DNA from: Candidatus Sericytochromatia bacterium
GTDB lineage: Bacteria; Cyanobacteriota; Sericytochromatia; S15B-MN24; UBA4093
Assembly: GCA_036676985.1 (NCBI GenBank)
Contig: JAKFBU010000041.1
Location: forward strand, 1-64,000
DNA: 64,000 nt
Direction of reading: 5' to 3'
Positions 48,293 through 56,884 of the stretch are shown piece by piece. How positions within the stretch are numbered: position 1 is the first letter of the stretch; each line of letters opens with the position of its first letter. The notes below the pieces were generated by a model. The model was not told where the DNA came from and searched no databases. It worked only from the letters and a program-made list of their open reading frames with translations. Both the position numbers and the translations under genes were made by a program.

Positions 48293-49594
48293 CTAGAATT
48301 TCCGCTGGCTCGAGATGGCGTAGTAGAAGCCCTTGGAAGAGGCGAACAGGCCGTTGTAGGCCCCCATGGCCAGATCGATCCGCGACTCCGCCCCGTCGAA
48401 GCCGAGTCCCAGGCTGTACAGGGTGGCGCTCTCGCCGCCGACGCTCAATCCGGCCCGCAAGGGCAGCCAATCCAGTACTCGGTACTCTCCGCCCAGATGG
48501 ATCTCCGGGATGTTCGAGACGCCGTAGCCCTTGCCCATGCCGACTTCCACGTCGGCCGCGAGCATGAGCGGCACGGCGCCTGCCGGCAGCCACCGGCCTC
48601 CGACGCCGACCTTCAAGGGCAACGGATCCCAGATCCCCTGGCCGTTGTTCGGCCCCACGGACTCCTCGGTCTGGACGTTCGGCGTCGCGTTGAACTGGCC
48701 GTCCGACGACAGCCCCGGCGCGTAGCGATCGAGCTTGTAGGTGTGGCGCTTCTCCGTGACGTTGCCCCAGTAGACGCCGCCGATATTGCCCACGTTCAGA
48801 GCGAGCCTCAGATCGCGCCGCACGTCCACCGCCACCGAGGTGTCGAGCGCCATGCCGCTGCCGAAGGTCCCGTACTGGTAGGTGGCGCTCGCCTCGCCCG
48901 AGAAGGAGCCGTCCGCATTGGTCTGCAGCAGATCCCCCCGAGCCTCGGTGATGCGCCCGAAGGCAAGGCCCTGGACGTAGCGTCCGGTCACACCCACCGC
49001 CACGTTCGGCAGGCGCATGAAGGTGAGAGGGATGCCGACGGAGAGCCCCCCGTCGGCAAAGCTGTCGATGCGCGCACCCTCCAGGCTGTCGATGCGCACG
49101 GCGGTCGCCGCCGCGTTGCCCCTGAGCACCAGTCCCAGCAGGTCGCGAGGCAAGTTCAGGCCCGCCGTGTCGAGCGTGCTCCGGGCGAAGACACCGAGCC
49201 CCGAGGCCGGGATGCTCGCCCCCCAGGAGACGCCCCCGTCGAGCTGGAAGCCCCATCCCGTCGCGGGGATGGCGCCCGCGAGGTTCTCGGCGTCGGCCTC
49301 CGAGAGCTCCTTACCCTGCAAGAGCTCGTCGATGGCCCTAAAGCCCAGCAGGTTGTTGCCGAGCCCGATACTGATGCCTGGCAGCGAGGAGATCACGGCG
49401 GAATGCGTGGAGGGCAGGCCCAACAGGGCCGGGGTGGTCCAGGCGTTGGAAGCGGCTCCCTCGACCGCGAGGCCCGCACGCCCCATTCCGAGCGCACGCG
49501 CATCGTACGGCACGGCCTCCGCCCGGTCAGCAATGGCAAGAGAGGCCCCCAAGAGGAGGGCGATCGCGCTGGCTGTCCGGATCGAGTGGCTCAT
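48293..49594 (-). CDS. Outer-membrane beta-barrel (FadL/PorV/TraF-DUF5723-like)
   Basis: Signal peptide; ARALGMG...NAWTTPA N-terminal motif; GGEY...LRAG; terminal Phe. Confidence 0.7.
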   Translation of the reverse strand: MSHSIRTASAIALLLGASLAIADRAEAVPYDARALGMGRAGLAVEGAASNAWTTPALLGLPSTHSAVISSLPGISIGLGNNLLGFRAIDELLQGKELSEADAENLAGAIPATGWGFQLDGGVSWGASIPASGLGVFARSTLDTAGLNLPRDLLGLVLRGNAAATAVRIDSLEGARIDSFADGGLSVGIPLTFMRLPNVAVGVTGRYVQGLAFGRITEARGDLLQTNADGSFSGEASATYQYGTFGSGMALDTSVAVDVRRDLRLALNVGNIGGVYWGNVTEKRHTYKLDRYAPGLSSDGQFNATPNVQTEESVGPNNGQGIWDPLPLKVGVGGRWLPAGAVPLMLAADVEVGMGKGYGVSNIPEIHLGGEYRVLDWLPLRAGLSVGGESATLYSLGLGFDGAESRIDLAMGAYNGLFASSKGFYYAISSQRKF

Positions 49595-49855
49595 GAACTC
49601 CCCAACGTGGCGTGAACGAGGGCAAACCCATCATGCAACGGGCGAAGCGCGCGCTTCTGAGACGCCCATCACCGATCGCACCGCACGCCTACCCTATGCT
49701 TCTACCCGGCGACAAAAAATATTGGCAACATTTGGTGATCATATTTCTGAAAAGGGTACACAGGCATAGAGGCAGGGCCCGGCTTTCAGGCCAACCAACC
49801 GCTGAGAGCCGCTTAGCCCCCAGGTTTGCACAGCATGATTTTCACAGGTGACCGC

Positions 49856-51787
49856 ATGACGCGACGATTGGTGCTCCAGATCGCCCTGTCCCTGAGCCTG
49901 GTGGCGACGGCCGGCGCTCCGGTGGCCGCCGCTCTCGCTCCCCTGCCGCCCCTCCAGACGGCGCCGACCCGGCTGATGCTCGGCGAGTCGAACCCGTCTT
50001 TGGTGGAGCTGAGCTACGAGCGCCTGCTCGAGGAGAGCCTGCAGCAGAGCCTGGCCGCATACCTCGGCCCCGACAACTTCGTGGTGCAGGTTCGAGTGGC
50101 GATCGCCCAGGACTCTCAGTCCTCGCAGCCCGCCCCGGTGCAGCAGTTCCAGCCGCAGCCCATCCAGGCGCCCGTCGTCCAGCCTCAGCAGCCCGCCTTC
50201 GAGGAGCTCGCAGCGGAGCCGGACTTCGACTCCATTCCGGCCCTGCCGGGGCTCGGCATTCCCGCCGAGGAGCGGACCCGCCGTCCGGCTCGCCAGGCGC
50301 AGCCCGTGCAGCCGCCCCAGCCGCAGACGCCGACCTTCCAGCCCCAGCCTCAGGCACCCGTCGCCCAGCAAGCCGCCATGCCCCGGATCGAGCGGATCCG
50401 GGTCTCCCTGGTTCTGCCGAGCTCGCTCCAGAGCACCGACGAGGACTACGTCAAGAACCTGGTCTTCCAGCGCGCCGACCTCAACTTCGCCCGGGGCGAC
50501 ACCCTGGACATCACGCGCCGGGACTTCCCGCGCTCGGCGGGCATGCCTGCCGCGGCAGGCGGCCAGAGGCCGGCCGGCACGATGCCGGGCTGGCTGTGGG
50601 CGCTTGCCGGCGCTCTCGGCGCGAGCGTCCTCATCGGGGGCGCGCTCATGCTGCGCCGCCGCACCGAGCCCCAGCAGGCCTTGGCCCCGATGGCCCCCAT
50701 GCTGCCTCCTCAGTCCGAGAACATGCGGGCTGCCGAGGCGCTCCTCGCCAGCGTCAGCGCGAGCAAGACCGCCGAGCCGCCGCCCATGCGCCAGGACCTC
50801 CTCGTGATGCTCCTCGAGCGTCCGGAGATGGGTGAGCGCTACGTGCGGCGCCTCTTGAGCGAAGAAGGCGGACTCGAGAAGGCCACGACCTTCGCCCAGG
50901 CCATGGGCGTGGGGGTTGCCAAGCGCCTCTTCAACGGCCTGCACCCCAACGAGTGGAAGGCCATCGAGCTCGCCGCCCTCGACCAGAAGGACGTCAAGCG
51001 CGAGGATCAGCAGTCGGCCCTCGAAGAAGCCCTCTTCGCCATGCTGCGCGAGCAGGCCGAGCACCAGGGCAGAGACAAGGACGCTCCGTTCGCCTTCCTC
51101 TCGACCCTCGACGACTCCCAGATCCTCTTCATGCTCGAGGACGAGGGACCGCGCGTGCAGGCCCTGGTCCTCTCGCAGCTGTCTCCCGACCGGGCGGTTG
51201 GCCTCATGCGCCTCAAGACGCCCGCCGAGCAGGGTGCCATCGCGGCCGCCATGGGCGAGCTGCACCTGTTGCCCATGAGCTCGTTCATCGACCTGGCGCA
51301 CCACATGGCCGAGAAGGCCACCAAGGCTCCGAGCTTCGAGACGCCCGTCACCAACGGCCTGGGCCTGCTCGTCAACCTGCTCGACCACTCCGATCGGGCG
51401 ACCGAGCAGGGCATCCTCAGCGGCCTGTCGACCCAGAACCCGAGGCTCCTCGCCCAGGTGCGCGAGGCCTACCTCACCTTCGACGACCTGGCCAAGGTGC
51501 CGCGCGACGTCCTCAAGGACGCCCTGCGCGAGGTGGACAAGGAAACCCTCGCCGAGGCCCTGCGCGACGCGCCAGAGCCGGTGCGCGACGCCATCGTCGC
51601 CTCGCTCACCGACCGTGCCCGCCGCATCGTCGACGACGTCCTGTCGCAGCCGCCCATGGCCCGGCAGGAGGAGGCGAAGCTCGAGGCCATCCGCAAGGAC
51701 CTCGTGGGCCGCGTCCGCCAGCTGATGCAGGCCGGTCGGTTCGCCGTCAAGGAGCTCCAGATTCCCAAGCAGGAGGAGGTCAGGTGA
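49856..51787 (+). CDS. FliF ring-like / TM / FliG(M+C) fusion protein
   Basis: Signal peptide; LAAYLGPDNFVVQV...RGDTLDI (FliF C-terminal ring-like); one TM; PFAFL...EGPRVQALVLSQL (FliG_M); YLTFDDL...LREVD...ALR...LTDRARRIVDD (FliG_C). Confidence 0.8.
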   Translation: MTRRLVLQIALSLSLVATAGAPVAAALAPLPPLQTAPTRLMLGESNPSLVELSYERLLEESLQQSLAAYLGPDNFVVQVRVAIAQDSQSSQPAPVQQFQPQPIQAPVVQPQQPAFEELAAEPDFDSIPALPGLGIPAEERTRRPARQAQPVQPPQPQTPTFQPQPQAPVAQQAAMPRIERIRVSLVLPSSLQSTDEDYVKNLVFQRADLNFARGDTLDITRRDFPRSAGMPAAAGGQRPAGTMPGWLWALAGALGASVLIGGALMLRRRTEPQQALAPMAPMLPPQSENMRAAEALLASVSASKTAEPPPMRQDLLVMLLERPEMGERYVRRLLSEEGGLEKATTFAQAMGVGVAKRLFNGLHPNEWKAIELAALDQKDVKREDQQSALEEALFAMLREQAEHQGRDKDAPFAFLSTLDDSQILFMLEDEGPRVQALVLSQLSPDRAVGLMRLKTPAEQGAIAAAMGELHLLPMSSFIDLAHHMAEKATKAPSFETPVTNGLGLLVNLLDHSDRATEQGILSGLSTQNPRLLAQVREAYLTFDDLAKVPRDVLKDALREVDKETLAEALRDAPEPVRDAIVASLTDRARRIVDDVLSQPPMARQEEAKLEAIRKDLVGRVRQLMQAGRFAVKELQIPKQEEVR

Positions 51788-52455
51788 GACGCTCCCGCAT
51801 CCTTCTAGCCGGTTCGCTGTGCCTCATGGCGCTCGGCATGGCCCTCGCCATGCCGCCGGCTGCCACCAACGCCCAGACCGCCGCCGCCTCGCCCAAGCCC
51901 AAGGCCGATGCTCCGCCCCAGGGCGGCATCCGCCTGCGCCGCGAGGGGCCCAGCATCGACCTGGACTCGATCATCGACGCCACGCAGCCGGACTTCTTCA
52001 TCAACGTGGAGATCGTGGCCACGCCCACGCCCCTGCCCACCCCGACGCCGACGCCCGAGCCCTTCCCCACCCCGGAGCCCATGCCGACGCCCGAGCCCAC
52101 GCCTGACGTGGTCCTCGAGCCCTCGCCGGAGCCCAGCCCCGCGGTCGTGCTCGCCCCCACGCCCTCGCCCTTGCCCCAGAAGCCGGCGGTGGACCTGATG
52201 TACCAGGCGCAGCGGCTGGCGACGCTCGGTCAGTACCAGCGATCGCTCGGCCTCATCGAGCAGGCCATCGGCCAGGACCCGGAGCGCGCGAGCCTCCATG
52301 CCGTCCGCGGCTCGGTGCTCTTCAAGCTCAAGGATTACGCCGAGGCCGAGGCGGCCTGGACCAAGGCCCTCGAGCTCGATCCCAGCGCCTACGACGTGAA
52401 GACCAGCCTCGACTGGCTCAAGAAGCGTCGGGCGTCGTCCCAGTTCGCTCAGTAG
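51784..52455 (+). CDS. Exported Pro/Thr-rich TPR protein
   Basis: GTGA overlap with the upstream stop; signal peptide; PTPEP linker; C-terminal TPRs (AWTKALELDP). Confidence 0.8.
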   Translation: MRRSRILLAGSLCLMALGMALAMPPAATNAQTAAASPKPKADAPPQGGIRLRREGPSIDLDSIIDATQPDFFINVEIVATPTPLPTPTPTPEPFPTPEPMPTPEPTPDVVLEPSPEPSPAVVLAPTPSPLPQKPAVDLMYQAQRLATLGQYQRSLGLIEQAIGQDPERASLHAVRGSVLFKLKDYAEAEAAWTKALELDPSAYDVKTSLDWLKKRRASSQFAQ

Positions 52456-52465
52456 AGGAAGGACC

Positions 52466-53608
52466 ATGCGCAAGATCCTCTCCGTCGCCCTCATCGGCCT
52501 CTTGGGCATCGCCCCGGCGGCGCTCGCCAAGGAGCCGGTCCCGCCCGTCCCGGCGCTGACCGAGATCCTCTCCGATCCGCAGTCGATCCTCTACGTCATC
52601 CCGTCTCTGCCCGACACCGTGACCAAGATCGACCCGACGGTCGTACGCGTCTTCCTCTACAACGAGCGCAAGCGCGACGAGACCGAGCCCCTGTCGGCGG
52701 TCGTCGAGAACCGTCTCAACGAGGAGCTGCTGCGCCTTAGGCGCTTCAAGGTCATCGAGGCCCGCGAGGCCAAGACCACCCGCGTCGAGTCGAGCAGCAC
52801 CAGCTTCCAGCTGAGCAACACCATCGAGAGCCTCTCGCGCCTGCGCTCCATCGGGCAGTCGGTCGGGGCCGACGCCGTCATGATGTACGCGCCGCAGATC
52901 CAGGACCGCATGGTGCTCGTGAGCGCCAAGCTGGTGAAGGTCTCGGACGGCGAGATCCTCTGGACCGACCGTTTTGCCTACAACTTCGACCTGCAGTCCG
53001 CCATGAAGGAGGCCAAGGTCCGGGCCGACGAGCTCGCGAAGCTGGAAGCCGACAAGAAGCGCGTCGCCGAGGAGCGCCGCACCCGCGACAACGGCTTCTA
53101 CGTGTACACCGGCATGACCGGCTACTCCATGCGCCGCGCGAAGACCTCGGGCGCCAGCGACCAGATCTCGCCCGCGGGCATCACGGCGCTCGGCGCCACG
53201 GTGCTGCGCAACGTCTCGTTTGCCGACAACGTGGCCGTGGGCCTGGATGGCGAGTTCGACCTGGCGGGCTCCATCAACCCGAACCTGCCCCTCTCGTACC
53301 TCTCCATCACGCCCGTCCTCTTCATGCGCCTCGACCCGCTGTTCGTGCGCGGGGAGAACCACGGCGTGGTCAACCTATACCTGGGGGCTGGCGAGACGGT
53401 GCTGTTCCAGCAGCCGAACCCCACCTACGAGACCACGGGCAAGGCCGGCCTGATGTTGCGCTTCACCCCCGAGACCTTCCTCAACCTCGGCATGATCTAC
53501 CAGACCGAGAAGACCGTCACCTTCAGCCCGGTCACCGGGCTCGCCAACACGGTCGAGAAGTACGGCGGCCTCACCTACCAGGTCACCTTCGGCTACGCGT
53601 TCAAGTAA
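52466..53608 (+). CDS. Exported protein: CsgG/FlgO/LpoB-like domain + coiled coil + probable beta-barrel
   Basis: RFKVIE...IGQSVGADAV...AKLVKVSDGEILW pattern; amphipathic strands ending YQVTFGYAFK. Confidence 0.65.
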   Translation: MRKILSVALIGLLGIAPAALAKEPVPPVPALTEILSDPQSILYVIPSLPDTVTKIDPTVVRVFLYNERKRDETEPLSAVVENRLNEELLRLRRFKVIEAREAKTTRVESSSTSFQLSNTIESLSRLRSIGQSVGADAVMMYAPQIQDRMVLVSAKLVKVSDGEILWTDRFAYNFDLQSAMKEAKVRADELAKLEADKKRVAEERRTRDNGFYVYTGMTGYSMRRAKTSGASDQISPAGITALGATVLRNVSFADNVAVGLDGEFDLAGSINPNLPLSYLSITPVLFMRLDPLFVRGENHGVVNLYLGAGETVLFQQPNPTYETTGKAGLMLRFTPETFLNLGMIYQTEKTVTFSPVTGLANTVEKYGGLTYQVTFGYAFK

Positions 53609-53619
53609 GGGACTGATCG

Positions 53620-54453
53620 ATGCCCATGATTTCCATCTCGACGCTCGCCGGCATCCTGCTGGGCTTCGGCCTGTGCATCTGGGCCATCACGTCGGCGACC
53701 AAGGACTTCCACATCTTCTGGCACATGGAGTCCTTCGCCATCGTCATCGGCGGCATCTTCGCCACCACCCTGATCGGCTACCGCACGCGCTACGTCATCC
53801 GCACGCTGTCGAGCCTGGGGCGCCTCTTCGTGATGCAGCCCATCCAGCCGGCCACCCTGCGCGACGACATCCAGCAGATGGTGGAGTGGGCGTCGCTCAA
53901 CCAGCGGGGCCTGGGCGCGGTCGAGGAGGACTTCGCCAAGAAGCCCACCAAGGATGACTTCCTGCAGTACTCCATGGACATGCTCATGAACGGCTACAAG
54001 GAGCATGACCTGCGCCTCTTCCTCGGCGACTACATCGAGAGTAGCTTCAACCGCAAGATGGTCCAGGCCCAGATCCTCAACCAGATGGGCGGCCACGGCC
54101 CCGCCTTCGGTATGATCGGCACCCTGATCGGTCTGGTCATCATGCTGGCGGACATGTCGGACCCCTCCAAGATCGGCCCGGCCATGGCCATGTCCCTGCT
54201 CGCGACCCTCTACGGCGTCGTGAGCGCGCGACTGCTCTTCATCCCGGCCGCGAGCAAGATCCAGCAGATCCTCGAGATCGAGAAGTATCGCCGCTACATG
54301 CAGCTCGAGGGCATCGTGATGCTGCAGGAGAAGCGGTCGGCGACCTACGTGATGGACCGCCTCAACTCGCTGATGGATCCGTCCCTGCGCTACAACCGCG
54401 ACGGCTCGGCGCCCAAGAAGGGCACCGGCCCGCTGCTCGCGGCCAAGCGGTAG
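53620..54453 (+). CDS. motA: MotA/PomA-type stator subunit
   Basis: IVIGG, PAFGMIGTLIGLVIML, IGPAMAMSLLATLYG, FIPAASK. Confidence 0.9.
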   Translation: MPMISISTLAGILLGFGLCIWAITSATKDFHIFWHMESFAIVIGGIFATTLIGYRTRYVIRTLSSLGRLFVMQPIQPATLRDDIQQMVEWASLNQRGLGAVEEDFAKKPTKDDFLQYSMDMLMNGYKEHDLRLFLGDYIESSFNRKMVQAQILNQMGGHGPAFGMIGTLIGLVIMLADMSDPSKIGPAMAMSLLATLYGVVSARLLFIPAASKIQQILEIEKYRRYMQLEGIVMLQEKRSATYVMDRLNSLMDPSLRYNRDGSAPKKGTGPLLAAKR

Positions 54454-54462
54454 GGCCGGCGC

Positions 54463-55236
54463 ATGTCGAACCCGATCGGACGCAACCGGAGCCCCTTCGG
54501 GCCCAAGGGCGGCGGCGGCCACGCGCTCAAGGAAGACGAGCAGTGGCTCATCACCTACGCCGACACCATCACCAACCTCATGGCGCTCTTCATCCTCATG
54601 CTGTCGGTCTCGACGGTCAACATGGCGGCCTTCGAGCAGATCCAGTCCAAGCTCAAGAAGCAGTTCTCGGGCAAGGAGGCCCCCAAGCCCATCGAGCAGA
54701 TCCAGAAGCAGATCGAGAAGATCGTCCAGGAGAAGAAGCTCGAGAAGCAGGTGCAGGTGACCTCGGACGGCAAGGGCGTCATCGTCGAGTTCGCGTCGAG
54801 CGCCGTCTTCCAGCTCGGCAAGGCGGATCTCCAGCCCCAGATCAAGGGGGCCTTCGCGGCCATGGCCACGGAGCTCAAGACCAAGGACTACCGTAACTAC
54901 ACCATCGAGATCGAGGGCCACACGGACGACCAGCCCATCCACACGCCGGAGTTCCCCTCCAACTGGGAGCTCTCGAGCCGCCGGGCCACCAACGTCGTCC
55001 GCTACTTCATCGATGAGAACGTCGAGAAGACGCGCCTCAAGGCGGCGGGTTACGCGGACATCTTCCCCAAGGTGCCGAACCGGGACGCCAACGGCCGGGC
55101 GATCGCTGCCAACCAGGCGAAGAACCGCCGCATCGTGGTCCGGCTCGTGCCCGGCCAGCGCAGCGAGGGCATCTCGAAGGAAGCGCTGAAGAAGGAACAG
55201 GCCCAGGACGCAGCCCCCAAGGGCGGCCACCACTAG
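54463..55236 (+). CDS. motB: MotB/PomB-type stator subunit
   Basis: WLITYADTITNLMALFILM (essential Asp); EGHTD, SNWELSSRRA, GYAD, NRRI OmpA-like domain. Confidence 0.92.
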   Translation: MSNPIGRNRSPFGPKGGGGHALKEDEQWLITYADTITNLMALFILMLSVSTVNMAAFEQIQSKLKKQFSGKEAPKPIEQIQKQIEKIVQEKKLEKQVQVTSDGKGVIVEFASSAVFQLGKADLQPQIKGAFAAMATELKTKDYRNYTIEIEGHTDDQPIHTPEFPSNWELSSRRATNVVRYFIDENVEKTRLKAAGYADIFPKVPNRDANGRAIAANQAKNRRIVVRLVPGQRSEGISKEALKKEQAQDAAPKGGHH

Positions 55237-55254
55237 CCCCCAAACCGCATCTCG

Positions 55255-55286
55255 GGTCAGGCCCCGCCGCATGGCGGGGCCTGACC
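55255..55286 (+). terminator. 14-bp-stem hairpin closing the motor operon
   Basis: ggtcaggccccgcc-gcat-ggcggggcctgacc. Confidence 0.65.
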
Positions 55287-55395
55287 GTTGCGACGTCCAC
55301 GGGGCCGGAAGGCGCCATGGAACCTCGGCCGTCCTGGCCTAACGCTTGCCCCTCTTCAAGGCGCATGATCCTCGACAACCGAGGAGGATGGACCG

Positions 55396-55809
55396 ATGCG
55401 CCGAGCCCTACTCGCGCTGCTGCTGCTTTCGCATGCCAGCGCCGCCCATGCGGAGACCCGGTACATGGTCGGGGTCGACACCACCTGGGATCTGCAGGGC
55501 ACGAGCCCCAGGCTCCAGCTGGTCAGCGTCGACGTGGCCACCGACAAGCTCCAGCACCTGATGGCAGGGGCCCTCATCGCCTGGGTCCTCAGCATGGCGG
55601 GCTACACGCCCACCACCGTCCTGGCGGGGACCGCCACGATGGGCGCCCTCAAGGAGTTCCGGGACCTGGGGGTGGTCCCGGGCATCGGGAACGGCCACGT
55701 GGAGTTCAGCGACTTCGCATGGACCACGCTGGGCGGCGTCGCGTTTCTGGGCGTGCAGGCCGTGCTCGTCCACCCGCAGACCCTGGGGACGCCCGCCCCG
55801 TCGCGCTGA
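55396..55809 (+). CDS. Hypothetical membrane protein (YfiM-like DKxxH motif)
   Basis: GAGGAGG RBS; DKLQH...KEFRD...SDFAWTTLG. Confidence 0.6.
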   Translation: MRRALLALLLLSHASAAHAETRYMVGVDTTWDLQGTSPRLQLVSVDVATDKLQHLMAGALIAWVLSMAGYTPTTVLAGTATMGALKEFRDLGVVPGIGNGHVEFSDFAWTTLGGVAFLGVQAVLVHPQTLGTPAPSR

Positions 55810-55811
55810 GC

Positions 55812-56492
55812 ATGCGCCCCTCCGGGCCCGACCCCGAGCACCGCCGGCGCTTCCGGCTCCTGAGAACCTTTTCCCGGCGCATGGACGCGCCGATGGCCGT
55901 CCTGTCGATGGTCTTCTTCGGCCTCATCGTCGCGGAGCTCGCCATCGACCCCGCCGTCGCGTACCGGCCGTGGCTCGACCGGGCCATCCTCGTGCTGTGG
56001 GCCCTCTTCTGCCTGGAGTTCCTCATCAAGTTCGCGATCGCCCCGGACAAGGGCGACTTCCTGCGGCGGCGCTGGTTCGACGCCGTGGTCCTCGCCGTGC
56101 CCATGTTCCGGATCCTGCGCGTCTTAAAGGCCTTTCGGGCCAGCTACTCCATGGTCAAGCTGGGGCTCGGCGTGCGACGGGGCGCCCGGATGCTCGGGCG
56201 TTTCGGGCAGAAGAGCAGGCTCGACTACGTCGCGGGCGTCACGCTGCTGGTGGTGGTCGGCAGCGCGACCGCCATGCACCTGCTCGAGCGCGACGCCCCC
56301 CACCGTCAGATCCGCAACTTCGGCGAGGCCCTGTGGTGGAGCGGGGCGGTGGTGACGACGGTGGCCTGCGACCTCAACCCGGTCACGCCCGGGGGGCGGC
56401 TGCTCGCCGTGTGCCTGATGATCTACGGCATGTCCGTCTTCGGCTACTTCGTGACCCAGGCGGTGGCCTTCATCCAGCGAAAGCCCGATTGA
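55812..56492 (+). CDS. Voltage-gated potassium-channel-like ion channel with atypical filter
   Basis: S4-like FRILRVLKAFR; pore helix FGEALWW...TTVACDLNPVTPGGR. Confidence 0.8.
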   Translation: MRPSGPDPEHRRRFRLLRTFSRRMDAPMAVLSMVFFGLIVAELAIDPAVAYRPWLDRAILVLWALFCLEFLIKFAIAPDKGDFLRRRWFDAVVLAVPMFRILRVLKAFRASYSMVKLGLGVRRGARMLGRFGQKSRLDYVAGVTLLVVVGSATAMHLLERDAPHRQIRNFGEALWWSGAVVTTVACDLNPVTPGGRLLAVCLMIYGMSVFGYFVTQAVAFIQRKPD

Positions 56493-56587
56493 GCGCGGCG
56501 GCAACAGACGCCATGCGCTCCATCACTCACTTGGCGGCTTTTTGTGCTACTCTGGGAGACCAAGGACGACTCATCCCGGAGGAACCC

Positions 56588-56875
56588 GTGCAAAAAGAAG
56601 CCTCGATCTCGCAGGTCATCTACCAAGTCTTTCAGGGCGGCCACCTGGTCAACCAGGAGCTGTCGCTGCGCAACGACCTGGGTGACGAGTACCTCCAGGA
56701 CCTCGAATCGTCCCTGCGCAAGGAGGGTTTCGAGATCCACGTGCGCGAGCCGTTCCGCCTGGTCTACGGCCGCGGCGGCGAGGAGTACCACATCTCCCTC
56801 AAGCCCGTGGTCACGGTCTCCATCGACCTCATGGACAACGTGGTGGTCCGGACCTTCCCGGACGAGATCCTCTAA
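56588..56875 (+). CDS. Small hypothetical protein
   Basis: GTG after GGAGG; host-like codon usage. Confidence 0.6.
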   Translation: MQKEASISQVIYQVFQGGHLVNQELSLRNDLGDEYLQDLESSLRKEGFEIHVREPFRLVYGRGGEEYHISLKPVVTVSIDLMDNVVVRTFPDEIL

Positions 56876-56884
56876 GCATCGCCC

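Noticed and set aside
49618-49660. GGGCAAACC resembling a c-di-GMP-I riboswitch start
   Set aside because: The following GNRA-capped P2 and GCAAA/P3 elements are missing
52020-52175. Short ccgacgccc/cccgagccc repeats
   Set aside because: Explained by the Pro-Thr/Pro-Glu linker coding sequence
53620-55236. MotAB pair as Zorya ZorAB or ExbBD/TolQR
   Set aside because: MotA lacks the long ZorA tail, MotB has the flagellar-type WxxTYAD and NWELS motifs, and there are no zorC/D/E or tonB genes
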